Shown in pieces: positions 37,675 to 48,300 of a stretch of DNA of 64,000 nt. Below the pieces are notes generated by a model. It was not told the origin of the DNA and did not search any database. It worked only from the letters and a program-made list of their open reading frames with translations. The stretch covers positions 41,804 through 105,803 of the forward strand of contig NTJP01000004.1 of the NCBI GenBank assembly GCA_002457145.1. The letters are read 5' to 3'. The position numbers and the translations under genes were made by a program. The DNA is from Marine Group II euryarchaeote MED-G38. GTDB taxonomy: Archaea; Thermoplasmatota; Poseidoniia; Poseidoniales; Thalassarchaeaceae. Numbering within the stretch: the stretch's first letter is position 1; every line of letters starts with the position of its first letter.

Positions 37675-38229
37675 ATGGTGATTTTTTTGAAAGATAGGAT
37701 ACTAGAAGAGCTTGCTAATGTGGTAAGGACTGTACCCAATTTTCCTATTGAAGGAATAATGTTTAGAGACATCACTCCTATACTTTCTAATCATAAACTT
37801 CTTTCAGGCTTGATGGATAAAATCGTGGCAGACTTAGAGCAATTAGGATGGTATCCAGATATTATAGTTGGCCCAGAGGCTAGAGGGTTTATCTTTGGCC
37901 CATTACTTTCAACAAGATTAAACAAAAGCTTTGTACCAATAAGAAAACCCGGAAAACTTCCTTCAAAAACAGTAAAAATAGAATACACGCTTGAATACGG
38001 CTCAGGTAGTTTAGAAATGCATGAAGATGCAATATTACCAGGTCAAAAAGTTTTGATTATTGACGACCTTCTTGCCACTGGAGGAACTGTATCTGCTTGT
38101 ATCGATCTCTGTAAAAAATTAGGAGGAGAAGTTATAGGTACTGTTTTCATAATTGAATTAGAAGGTTTAGGTGCTAGAGATCTACTAAGGAATACACCAA
38201 TATATTCTCTTTTGAAATTTCCTGCATGA
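37675..38229 (+). CDS. apt: Adenine phosphoribosyltransferase
   Basis: PRPP-binding loop VLIIDDLLATGGT, FRDITP and GPEARGF blocks. I prefer the ATG at 37675 to the GTG at 37657. Confidence 0.9.
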   Translation: MVIFLKDRILEELANVVRTVPNFPIEGIMFRDITPILSNHKLLSGLMDKIVADLEQLGWYPDIIVGPEARGFIFGPLLSTRLNKSFVPIRKPGKLPSKTVKIEYTLEYGSGSLEMHEDAILPGQKVLIIDDLLATGGTVSACIDLCKKLGGEVIGTVFIIELEGLGARDLLRNTPIYSLLKFPA

Positions 38230-38288
38230 ATTTATTAGAGAAGACCCGATTTATTCAAAGGCAGCATCTACTTCCAGAGGATGTTAAG

Positions 38289-38801
38289 ATGACTGGCAAT
38301 CCACCCCCGCCTCCACCCCCGCCTGCTCCAAAGGCAACTCCACCCCCGCCTCCTCCAAAGGCAACTCCACCCCCGCCTCCTCCTCCAAAGGCAACTCCAC
38401 CCCCACCTCCTCCTCCAAAGGCAAATCCTCCTTCAACTCCAAAGAAATCACTTCAGAGGACTTCAAACAAAGTACCCAAGAAACTGAGAAAACCATTACC
38501 AAGAAAGAAGGCTGCAGAAAAAAAACCAAAGAAGAAAAAACCTCGTGGCCCTAGATTAAGATTAAGAATACGATCTGCTAAAATCGATACCGAAGTAGAC
38601 GAGTACCAAGACAGGTTAGGATGGGTTACAGCATCTTCTGATTTAATTCCAATGGAAGAAGAGAAGAAAGAACCAGAAACTATGCTCCATCAATGTTCAA
38701 TGTGTGGTTCTAGAATGACTATTCCCAGACCCAAAAGAGAAAGATACAAAGTAATATGTTCATATCCTGAATGCGGCCATGAAGACATGATAGGAATATA
38801 A
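38289..38801 (+). CDS. Polyproline-repeat / basic / C-terminal zinc-ribbon protein (hypothetical)
   Basis: PPPPPPPPAPKATPPPPPPKATPPPPPPPKATPPPPPPPKANPP, then a Lys/Arg-rich segment, then CSMCGS...CSYPECGH. It may alternatively start at 38226, overlapping the apt stop (ATGA). Confidence 0.6.
   Translation: MTGNPPPPPPPPAPKATPPPPPPKATPPPPPPPKATPPPPPPPKANPPSTPKKSLQRTSNKVPKKLRKPLPRKKAAEKKPKKKKPRGPRLRLRIRSAKIDTEVDEYQDRLGWVTASSDLIPMEEEKKEPETMLHQCSMCGSRMTIPRPKRERYKVICSYPECGHEDMIGI
38301..38432 (+). repeat. Tandem 27/30-nt coding repeat (CCAAAGGCAACTCCACCCCCGCCTCCTCCT-like, about 3.5 copies plus a degenerate leader copy)
   Basis: The CCAAAG unit starts at 38328, 38355, 38385 and 38415. This C-rich island sits in an AT-rich genome. 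Confidence 0.85.
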
Positions 38802-40322
38802 TTATTTTTCATTAATTATACGGCTGGGCATATACAATTTAACTAATATAGCATTAATTAACGCAATTATTGCCATTACACTGGCTGTTGCTAACATTCC
38901 TTCCATAAATGCAAACTTAGCATTCTCAATTAATTCCAATCCAATTAAATCCCCATTGTTAAATAATTCAGCCCCTATTTCTATAGCAGCAGGAAATGAT
39001 TCAAGAGGGACCGTACCTAATGATTCTACTAATTCAGCCGGAATTACCATGTTTCTTTGATAGACCTCATTTAGTACACTTCCTCCTATAGCAATACCCA
39101 TTGCACCTCCAATTTCTCGACTAGCATCATTCGTTGCACTCCCTACTCCTGCTTTATCTTTCGGAATTGAGTCCATTACTATCGTTGTAGATGGCGCCAT
39201 TGTTAATCCCATTCCAAAACCAAGTAAAAAGAATATACATGCAAGACGCAGGTATTCGGTATCATTATCTACAGTCGTAAAAATAATCATTGCAAAAGTA
39301 ATCAAAAGAAGACCTATTGAAACAATATTATTACTACCAAATTTAGCTGATAATTTATCACTATTTGCTGCAGCAGGCATAAGCCCTATAGGTAGAGGTA
39401 AAAATCTTATTGCAGCATCTAAAGGAGAAAGACCTCTGATTAGTTGAAAATGCAACATCTGTGTAAACATAAATGAAAACATCACGAAAGAAGCCAATGA
39501 TATTGCAATTAAGCCCAATATAAATCCTTTCGATTTAAAAAAATCAATTGGTAACATTGGGTATTCGATTCTTTGCTCCCATTTGACAAATAAGTACGTT
39601 AGAAAAATGCCAAATACCCCTATGAATACTATTTCTTCACTTGTCCAACCTAATGTTGGAGCTTCAATGATAGCGAATAAAATAGACCCTAATGCTCCTA
39701 TAGATAGTAATGCCCCCACAGGATCAAGAGACTTTTCTTCGGATTCTTTGGATTCTGGAACAAAGAAAAAACCCAACGCCAAAGCCAAAATTATTATTGG
39801 TACATTAATTAGAAAAACCATCTGCCAATCATAATTTTCAACTGCCCAACCTCCAACCAATAAACCAATAGGAGCACCGATACCAGCCATCATTGTCCAG
39901 ATACCTATTGCTTTCCCTCTTTCTTCAATTGGAAATACTACAATAACAATCGAAAGAGTTGCAGGCATAACTAAAGCTGCACCAAAACCCATCAAACTTC
40001 TAGCAATTATAAGATCATTAGCAGAATTTGCAAAAAAAGCCGCAGCAGTTGAAGCCAAACCAACCAACAATAATCCTATTTGCAATGCTATTTTACGTCC
40101 ATAACGGTCACCTAATGCACCCATGACTAGAAGAGTCCCTCCAAAGATTAATGCATATGCATCTAAAATCCATTGTAATTCTGTATTATTCGCTTTCAAA
40201 TCCTTCGACAAATCTGGTAAAGCGACGTTAAGAGTCACATTATTTAACATAACAATTACAAGCGATAAACTCATAATTACTAATATTAACCACCTTTTTT
40301 CATATGTGGTATTATTAATCAT
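38802..40322 (-). CDS. MFS transporter, DHA2 (EmrB/QacA-like, 14-TMS) family
   Basis: The N-terminus WLILVIMSLSLVIVMLNNVTLNVALPDLSKDL...LGDRYGRK is typical of DHA2 drug:H+ antiporters. At 506 aa it is polytopic. Confidence 0.88.
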   Translation of the reverse strand: MINNTTYEKRWLILVIMSLSLVIVMLNNVTLNVALPDLSKDLKANNTELQWILDAYALIFGGTLLVMGALGDRYGRKIALQIGLLLVGLASTAAAFFANSANDLIIARSLMGFGAALVMPATLSIVIVVFPIEERGKAIGIWTMMAGIGAPIGLLVGGWAVENYDWQMVFLINVPIIILALALGFFFVPESKESEEKSLDPVGALLSIGALGSILFAIIEAPTLGWTSEEIVFIGVFGIFLTYLFVKWEQRIEYPMLPIDFFKSKGFILGLIAISLASFVMFSFMFTQMLHFQLIRGLSPLDAAIRFLPLPIGLMPAAANSDKLSAKFGSNNIVSIGLLLITFAMIIFTTVDNDTEYLRLACIFFLLGFGMGLTMAPSTTIVMDSIPKDKAGVGSATNDASREIGGAMGIAIGGSVLNEVYQRNMVIPAELVESLGTVPLESFPAAIEIGAELFNNGDLIGLELIENAKFAFMEGMLATASVMAIIALINAILVKLYMPSRIINEK

Positions 40323-40388
40323 ATTACATCCTTTAACTTGAGATTATTAAATACATCACCTACAATAAGATAACCCCCTCGGACATAT

Positions 40389-42203
40389 ATGGGCAAACAC
40401 ATGTATGCAGTAATTATTTCCCTAATGTTCGCATGTGTTATTTTTTCTGGATGTATATTTTCATCTACAAAAGAAACGGAAAACCATAATACAGACCTAC
40501 AGTACCCTTCTTTGAATGAAAGATATAATTTAGATTTTCAAGATAATCATACTTTCTCTTATGTTTTACAAAAAGGCTCACATTTTTCATTAGAAGTCCA
40601 GGAAGTATTTATTGAAGTAGACACATCAGATATATGGGAAACAGGCCCTGATACCTCTACAGTACATCTTTCATATTGGTTGCCTAATAATACTTTAGAA
40701 GGAGAAAAAGTCCCTGTTATTGCAATAATAAGTCCATATTTTTCATATGGATTACAAGGAGACGAATCTACACCAACAAATATTGTAAGCGCAGGTAGAG
40801 GAGAATTCATTTTTGAAAATTTTGTACCACATGGTTATGCTTTTGCACAAGTATCTGTTTTCGGAACTGAACTTTCAAGTGGTTGTTTTGACTATCGCGG
40901 AGCTGGTGAGGGCCTGGGCATACATCATGCCGTTGAATGGCTTGGGATGCAAAATTGGTCTAATGGAAATGTCGGCCTATATGGTAAATCATATGAAGGA
41001 GCGACTCAATGGGAAGCTGCAGCTTTAGCGAGCCCATACTTGAAGACTATAGTTCCTATTTCAGGTACTACCGCATTACATCCTTTACTCTATAAAAATG
41101 GAAGCGCAGAAGCCAGAAGTCAAGTAATGCATATGAACTACTTTTCAAGTACTGTAGACTATAATGAAGATGATTTGGATAACGTTTGCCCCGATATTAT
41201 TGAGGGACTTTTCGCTGGACCAATTACATATGGTGCAGGAGAATTAGATCCATACATGTCTAATTATTATGATGAAAGAAGCCATATCGATAAAGCATTT
41301 AAAAATTGGAATGGAAGTGTATATTGGATACAGGGACTACAGGATTGGAACGTTGACCCTCATCAAGTTTTCGGCGGTCCAATAGGTATTAATTGGTACC
41401 AAGATTATATTGATGCCGGCTATGAAATTAGAGGGATGTTTGGCCAATGGGAACATAATTATCCTGATCAGTGGTCTAAGCATAACGCACAAGAAAGCGG
41501 TTATGGTGGAGAGGCAATTCAGAATATGACAAGGTGGGACTGGGCCCAAGATTTATTTGAATGGTATGAATATTATCTCAAAGAGAGAGGCCCTAAACCA
41601 GACCTCTCTGTCCAGATACAACGGAACGACGGCCAATGGAGGACTGAAGAAACATGGCCTCCAAAAGACATTGATTGGACAACACTACCTTTAGCAGAAT
41701 GTAGCAGTTCTGGTGTGTTCATTGGGGGAGGAGCACCTGCTATTGGAGGCGGCCAATCTGCTGAGATCATATGTCCAGCGATATCCGAAACAAGAGATAT
41801 TTTAATTTCTGGCCTTATAAGATTACACTTGGAGGCAATTGCTACATTTGATGGTGGTCAAGTATTTGCTGAACTTCAGGATTCTGAAACCGGTGTTAGA
41901 ATAGGCCATGCTACAATGGATATTAGATATCATGCAGGAGGAAATAATCCACAGACAGTTACTCCTAACCAACAAGTTACAATGATGATGGAATTTCAAG
42001 CAATTGATTCGATATTACCATCCGGGCACGGTTTGAAAATAATATTCACAGATACAGGTGAAGATTATTTGGCACCAGCTTGCGGAGCAGCTTGCGTTGT
42101 CCATATCCTCCCTTCCTCATCTTCAATGTATATCCCTGAGATTATTCGCAATGGTAGTAATATTTTTCAAACATATCAAAATTTAGATGCCGCTAACAAT
42201 TAA
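40389..42203 (+). CDS. Secreted CocE/NonD-family hydrolase / X-Pro dipeptidyl peptidase (S15)
   Basis: Nucleophile elbow GKSYEGATQ, alpha/beta-hydrolase N-terminal half plus a C-terminal beta-sandwich. N-terminal signal with lipobox-like FSGC. Confidence 0.8.
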   Translation: MGKHMYAVIISLMFACVIFSGCIFSSTKETENHNTDLQYPSLNERYNLDFQDNHTFSYVLQKGSHFSLEVQEVFIEVDTSDIWETGPDTSTVHLSYWLPNNTLEGEKVPVIAIISPYFSYGLQGDESTPTNIVSAGRGEFIFENFVPHGYAFAQVSVFGTELSSGCFDYRGAGEGLGIHHAVEWLGMQNWSNGNVGLYGKSYEGATQWEAAALASPYLKTIVPISGTTALHPLLYKNGSAEARSQVMHMNYFSSTVDYNEDDLDNVCPDIIEGLFAGPITYGAGELDPYMSNYYDERSHIDKAFKNWNGSVYWIQGLQDWNVDPHQVFGGPIGINWYQDYIDAGYEIRGMFGQWEHNYPDQWSKHNAQESGYGGEAIQNMTRWDWAQDLFEWYEYYLKERGPKPDLSVQIQRNDGQWRTEETWPPKDIDWTTLPLAECSSSGVFIGGGAPAIGGGQSAEIICPAISETRDILISGLIRLHLEAIATFDGGQVFAELQDSETGVRIGHATMDIRYHAGGNNPQTVTPNQQVTMMMEFQAIDSILPSGHGLKIIFTDTGEDYLAPACGAACVVHILPSSSSMYIPEIIRNGSNIFQTYQNLDAANN

Positions 42204-42255
42204 TTGAAAGCCAACGATTAGTAGGTTTGATGTCTTGATACTCCTAGGGTATAGC

Positions 42256-42774
42256 ATGGCCCTACCCCGTCGAGCAATGGAACAGATGGGTTTCGCAATA
42301 TGTTGTTTGATGTGTGATGCCAAAGATATTGCGGGATCCGTAAGATGTAGAGATTGTATCAATAATCATGCTAAAAGTAGAGAAAAACTAAACCAAGGCC
42401 CTCCAAAGTCTAAAGCCGATCGACTAGCTAGAGAATTTATAACAATGCTAACCAACCCTTCCAAACATATCGATGATTCTAATCATGGTAATTCTATGAT
42501 ATATTATTCCTCTTTAATTGATAAACACAATGGAATTTCTCCTGCTAAAACGGCCGAAGAGATAGGTAAAAGATTTAAAGAATTAAGAAGGAAAAAAGAC
42601 ACATCAATAATTAGGGATGTAGCAAATCAAAATAAATGGTCAGAAAACCCTCCTGATTTCTTTGAAAGAGAGGAATTATTACAACTTATTACAGACAGTA
42701 ATTCAATAAATAATTTAAATTGGGACAAACTTTTATCCGAGGTTGGTGAACTACTGGAAGATGACGATACTTAG
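42256..42774 (+). CDS. Hypothetical protein with N-terminal CxxC...CxxC zinc-ribbon and acidic C-terminus
   Basis: CCLMCDAKDIAGSVRCRDC. No TM segment and no other motif. The start codon is uncertain (TTG at 42235, or ATG at 42256 or 42277). Confidence 0.45.
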   Translation: MALPRRAMEQMGFAICCLMCDAKDIAGSVRCRDCINNHAKSREKLNQGPPKSKADRLAREFITMLTNPSKHIDDSNHGNSMIYYSSLIDKHNGISPAKTAEEIGKRFKELRRKKDTSIIRDVANQNKWSENPPDFFEREELLQLITDSNSINNLNWDKLLSEVGELLEDDDT

Positions 42775-42810
42775 CGACGGGTTGATACGAGACGCAGTGG
42801 TGAAGAATAT

Positions 42811-43626
42811 ATGCCAGCAGACCGAGATCCTCGTGCTTGGTGGCTAGATGATGACCCATTTGATAAAAAAGATTACACAGAACGACGAAATAACAAAACT
42901 ACCAAAACGTCAAGTAACAGTTTCGAGCAGAATCCATTTCAAGATATTTTAAATGATTATTTTGGTGGACGACAGAGACATACTATCCCCATTCACAGAG
43001 GTTCAATATGGCATTTTTCTAAAATTGAAATAAAACACTTAACTCAAGCAACATTGGCTTTTACACTCGCCCTGGCATTTATGAATTCACGGGGTATATT
43101 TGGGGCGTTAAATTCTCCAATTGTTTTCGTTTTTGGGGGATTACTCTACTTTATTTCACTAACGCCTGCTTTTTTATTACATGAAATTGCACATAAAATT
43201 GTCGCCAGACGATATGGATGCTGGGCCGAATTTCGTGCCAACCCCTCAGGACTAAGGTTTGGAGTAATATTAGCCGCAGTTCTAGGGATTGTCTTCATGG
43301 CACCTGGGGCAGTAATGGTAGCAGGAAGAACTACTAAAACACAATTTGGACGTATCGCTTTAGCAGGGCCAGTAACAAACGTATTTCTTTGGTCAGTAGG
43401 TATAATAGGTATCTTTTTACTTGGTGGACTGAATGGTGTCCTGGATCAGATGTTAAGAACATGGGTGTGGGGTAACTCTATTTTAGCAGCATTTAATATG
43501 CTACCGTTTGGACCTCTTGATGGTAAAAAAATAAAAACTTGGTCAGAGACTGTATTTTATGTTTGGTTGTCAATAACTCTAGCTGCTGTCTGGATAACTT
43601 ACGAATATAGTAACTTGATCATATAA
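42811..43626 (+). CDS. M50 family site-2 protease-like membrane metalloprotease
   Basis: HEIAHKIVARRYG (HExxH within a TM) and FNMLPFGPLDG (NxxPxxxLDG). Confidence 0.8.
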   Translation: MPADRDPRAWWLDDDPFDKKDYTERRNNKTTKTSSNSFEQNPFQDILNDYFGGRQRHTIPIHRGSIWHFSKIEIKHLTQATLAFTLALAFMNSRGIFGALNSPIVFVFGGLLYFISLTPAFLLHEIAHKIVARRYGCWAEFRANPSGLRFGVILAAVLGIVFMAPGAVMVAGRTTKTQFGRIALAGPVTNVFLWSVGIIGIFLLGGLNGVLDQMLRTWVWGNSILAAFNMLPFGPLDGKKIKTWSETVFYVWLSITLAAVWITYEYSNLII

Positions 43627-43639
43627 ATTAAATATTCAA

Positions 43640-45382
43640 TTAAATGTTATTCAAAACAGGACTCTCATCACAATGGAAAAAAGTCAGAAGAGCCCACCAT
43701 GTTATCATATCCAAACTATTTACTAAATTTGCAACACCAGTATTTTCATCTCCATATCCCTTTCCCATTGTATCCATCCATTCTTCCATTTCTTCTAATG
43801 TATCACAAGTCTGATGATAACACCAATATCCATCCACTAAACCACCATAGCCAACAGTTACAGTTCCTAAATTATCTTGAAAGCTTGCGTGATCACTTCT
43901 TGCAGTTGTATCTTCATAGACTATAATTTCAGGTCTGTCCATATCTAACCAAACGTTAGTTTTCCATGTTTCTGCTGTATAATTCAATCCAACCAATGTC
44001 CCCATTTGTTCTTCTAAGCCGAGGGCATCAGAACCAATCCAATTGGATAGACCGACCATTTCTGGTTGGTCTAATTTGTCATGATTAGGGCCAGGGCCAA
44101 TGTAAACTCTCATTGGCCAAACCTCATCATCCTTGGGATATCCGTCTTCATCAATAGCAGGATCAGGATCACCGTGCGGTGCCCCTCCTCCTCCTGGCCA
44201 ATTTACTCCTGCCATATCTAAGTTAATATAATTCGTAACTACTACATCGGGATTGTCTTCTTTAACATAATAATCTGTCCAGTAATCAGATCCTCTTTTA
44301 CCGCCTTCTTCACCAGACCAAAGACAGAAAACCATGGTTCTCCTACTTTCAAATTCAGATAGCGCCCTCGCCGCCTCTAAAACCATTGACGTACCAGCCG
44401 AATTATCATAGGCACCAACTCTGGTCCCATAAGTACGCTGTCCTGTTATATGAGGATCCAAAAGAACCGCATTTGCTGGTGGAGCAACATCAAAATGTGC
44501 ACCAAAAACCAACCACTCATTGGTTACTTCTGAACCCCATTTATACGCACATACATTGTAAGATTCCGGATTCTGATTACCAAATATATCAGTAAACTCA
44601 AACCTGTGAGATATTACATCAAGTCCAAAATCAGTTAATTCATCTATCAAATACAATGCTGCATCTTCATATGCTGGATTGCCTTGCCCGGCCCATCTAT
44701 CATAATACCCATTTTTACCATCAATTATATCAAATGAATCTGTTGGATCTGTTATTTCATATAACCTATCATAAACAGCTCTACCATCAACAAGACCAGT
44801 AGAATAAACACCACCTTCGGGAACCCCTACACTCATAGACCTCTCAATAAATATTGATTTGAAAATGACCGGACCACCGGTATTGATACTGTTATTTACA
44901 TAATCATGTGAATTATTACCGTCTGCAGTCACTCTTTCAACGCCATTATTTGAATTCCCAGTGTTTCCGGCCCTATCTTTCCAAGAATTCCAAGACTCAT
45001 CATCACCTCTTATCGGCCAATACTTTCTTTCTTCTTCACCAATCATAAAAATCATTGATTCTATTCGAGGAGGAACAAGAATAGATAATTCTTTGGTTTC
45101 TCCACTGGGTAAGTCAAAAATAGTTGAATTTTGTATATAACCTGTGATTTCATCTTTTATCAAATATGGAATAAAAATGGACATATCAGAGGTAGAACGA
45201 AATTTAAAATCTTGAAAAAATCCTCCTTGAGCAATTTCATTGTCTATAATTTCAATGAGAAGACTATCTGCACTGAGATCTTCATCATTGGGCTCTAAAC
45301 ATCCGCTCAACGGGGCACCCATGATAGTTGTCACAAGTAATAAAGCAATTATGGGTTTAGAATTATTCATTTTTGAAAACAT
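43640..45382 (-). CDS. Secreted M28 family aminopeptidase (lipoprotein-like)
   Basis: M28 zinc-ligand blocks GAHFDVA, YDNSAGTSMVLE, SGEEGGKRGS, NLDMAG, SDHASF. N-terminal signal with LSGC. Confidence 0.85.
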   Translation of the reverse strand: MFSKMNNSKPIIALLLVTTIMGAPLSGCLEPNDEDLSADSLLIEIIDNEIAQGGFFQDFKFRSTSDMSIFIPYLIKDEITGYIQNSTIFDLPSGETKELSILVPPRIESMIFMIGEEERKYWPIRGDDESWNSWKDRAGNTGNSNNGVERVTADGNNSHDYVNNSINTGGPVIFKSIFIERSMSVGVPEGGVYSTGLVDGRAVYDRLYEITDPTDSFDIIDGKNGYYDRWAGQGNPAYEDAALYLIDELTDFGLDVISHRFEFTDIFGNQNPESYNVCAYKWGSEVTNEWLVFGAHFDVAPPANAVLLDPHITGQRTYGTRVGAYDNSAGTSMVLEAARALSEFESRRTMVFCLWSGEEGGKRGSDYWTDYYVKEDNPDVVVTNYINLDMAGVNWPGGGGAPHGDPDPAIDEDGYPKDDEVWPMRVYIGPGPNHDKLDQPEMVGLSNWIGSDALGLEEQMGTLVGLNYTAETWKTNVWLDMDRPEIIVYEDTTARSDHASFQDNLGTVTVGYGGLVDGYWCYHQTCDTLEEMEEWMDTMGKGYGDENTGVANLVNSLDMITWWALLTFFHCDESPVLNNI

Positions 45383-48300
45383 TCAAACACTAACTCTTTT
45401 TTTAACAGTAATATTACTGTTTGAAACCTTAATCACTTCTACACTTGGATCAGTATTAATTGGTATGTATTTATTTTCGGTTGCTTCAGCCTCAATTAAT
45501 TTAATTTCTGCTGCCCTTCGCTTTTTCTTCTTTTTCTTCATCCTTACTCTTATTCTCCAGGCAATAAATAAAAACTGGATTAGAATATATGGTAAAAGTT
45601 GTATTAAAATCCATTGCCATCCAATAACTAAATTAAAACTTAAACTATCATCTATATCTGAAGAGGCCCTATAATTAATCACCTGTCTACCATCATCATC
45701 TGTGCCTACAGAAACCTCACTCCTAGCAGAAAATACATCTTCCAAATAAATTCCTAGAGGCAATTTTAAAGATAAATCCATTGGTATTCCAATAGAATTA
45801 CTACTGGGAATACTTGTTGATATATCCTTGAATGTGAAACCGTCACTTGATGCAGAAATTGCCATTATTGCAATGGTTCCAGTTAAACTATCCATTGCGT
45901 TCATCATTGAATTCATAATAGGATTTACTAAATTATTAATTAGCTTTGGCGCATCAATATCTATTTGTAGTTCATCAGCACCTTCTCCATTAATCATTCC
46001 AAAAATTTCTCCCCAACTGTTACCGATTCCAATTGTAGTTCTTACCTTAGGTATGTTAATTGCTAAACTTATACCTTCTGAATCTCCAATAATATTATCA
46101 TTATCTACCAACCCCCCCAATGTCGTATTTATTTCAAATCCTTCAAGATTGATATTTCCTATTACTGAATTTGTACTTAATTCTGACTTAATTAGACTAG
46201 TTATACTTTCACCAAATTTATTTGTGAATACTGTTAAACCATCTGTTGTAAATTCAATTTCCTGATCTTGTTTACAGATATCTATTGAATTGTCATCACA
46301 TATTGAAAAGGAGGTTGAATAAGGCTCCTCGCCTCTATCAGCAATATCTAAAATTAATTTCAGAAGATCAGCAGGAAGTACTGGTAAAGAAATTTCAGTA
46401 TCTGCACTTTTCATTGAATCCAATAATGAGTCTGGTACCGCTATTCTATGAATTGCTAAATCGATATTCAAACTAAATTCAATAGTAATACCTTTCTGTA
46501 ATTCAGAGAATGAATATTCTGAAACATCTAAGTTTACAATCGATCTTTGACATGATTTTTCTGTTGACTTGCAAAATACATCTGGACTTTCATCATTACA
46601 GGGTGCAGTGTTGGATGAACATAGTGCATGGTTCCAGTCAAACGAGCTTGAGCCAGTAAGACCAAAATCACCTATATGTTGTCCATTTAATTTATGGGAT
46701 AAAGTTACCGAAGACTCACCATTTATATTTTGAGCCCAAATTGGTAATATTAATTCTAAATTTATTTCACTTTTCTCTATGCCAGAAGGCTTCATAGCCC
46801 CAAGAAAACTTGGATCCAGAATAGTCTCAAAAGACATCCCACTATTAACTATCTTTTCTAAATCGTCTTGATTAATACCACTAAGAAAAGATAAATCACC
46901 TAGCTTATCTCCAATTAAATCACTTAAACTTAATTGGAAGGGCTGACTTGTGCTCTGTAAAAAAACTGGATGCTCATTCCCCATAGCAGCATTCCCGTCC
47001 ATACAATAAAATGATCCCGACTCTCCACAATCTACTACTGTATGAATATAATTTAACCCTCCTTGCCCTAAGTTCGGATTACTACTTCCATCCAAAATCC
47101 ATTCAAAATTACCCATTTGTACATCTAAACCAGGTATTGTTTCAGATAATGCATCGCCCACGCTACTTACAGGGAAATTACTAGATATCGTATCTAAATT
47201 AATTAGACCATTGTGGTGCGCCATTCTTATCCCATCAGATGTTACAACAGGAACAGATCCTTTTCCACTAGGTATTAAATTTAGACCATCAACGGAAGAA
47301 GTTTCTATATGATTTATTTGTGCAACCAAGTCAATAGTTGCAGCATTTTCATTCGACAAATCTAAAATTACATTGAAATCTAGCGCTTTCTCTTCTTGAT
47401 TTAGAGTGAAGGAACTTGTTGATGCATTGTTCCTAAAACCTAAAGTAAATTCTAAATCTCCTGAATAACTAGAGCCTAGATTCAAATTATTAGATTCCCA
47501 TTTTGCTGAATTATATGGAAATGCACCAGCATTTATTATTTTTTCACTGGTTATTCCGCCTGTTGAAACTACTGTTGCATAAGGCGGCGGCTCTATGTAG
47601 TAAGTACTCTTATGGCCAGAATCTACAGATATAGGAAACTCTGTAGTAACCAATCCCCCCATTATCAATAATGATTTATATGCACTTTCAAGATTTAAAT
47701 TAGGATTAGAATTGAGATTAAATTTACTCGGAGATATACTAATATCTACATTGGTTTGAATACATATAGGGGGCGAGTATGCATTACCATCATCATCTGA
47801 TTCTCTATCTGTGCCACAATTAACAGTCTCTTCGTCATTTTCTATTTGACTCGCCCAGGATGTCGTTGGAGAAGAAGCACTACCTAAGGAGCTTAGAAGA
47901 TCTCCAATACTATTATTGATTTCTCCCATTAATTTATCCTTTACTGGATCCGAACCTATCTCACCATCCCAAGGCTCATCCCAGGAATTTCGAATTACAT
48001 CTGCAGGAATGCCATCCCCAGCAAATATACCATCATTCTGTAGTGCTTGATTGGCGATAGCGCCAGAGAAACCCAACGGCGTCCTGTCATATTCATAAAT
48101 TGCCCAAGTAGCACTTAATTGCATCATACCAGTATCCACCATTGTTATAGAATATATGCCCTCTATCCACGACTCCTGAGATGATTCATCATCAGCATCA
48201 TTAACTGCATCACAAAATCCACTATTTAATTCTGAACAGATATCTAAATCATCTGTAGTATTTCCTAATTCTCCATTTACTGCAGGAAAAAACAACTGCA

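Noticed and set aside
38284-38529. 81-aa minus-strand ORF rich in E/G/V/L
   Set aside because: It is the mirror frame of the proline-codon tandem repeat. The plus-strand frame continues into a bona fide zinc-ribbon end, so the plus frame is preferred.
45383-45385. TGA between the surface protein and the M28 peptidase as a selenocysteine or programmed read-through codon
   Set aside because: No SECIS-like structure or Sec machinery is evident in the window. The downstream ORF has its own ATG and a complete signal peptide/lipobox, so two separate coupled genes is the simpler reading. It is kept only as a low-priority check.
45240-45674. 144-aa plus-strand ORF spanning the junction of the M28 and surface-protein genes
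   Set aside because: It is antisense to two strongly supported minus-strand genes. It has a hydrophobic, low-complexity translation with no motifs.
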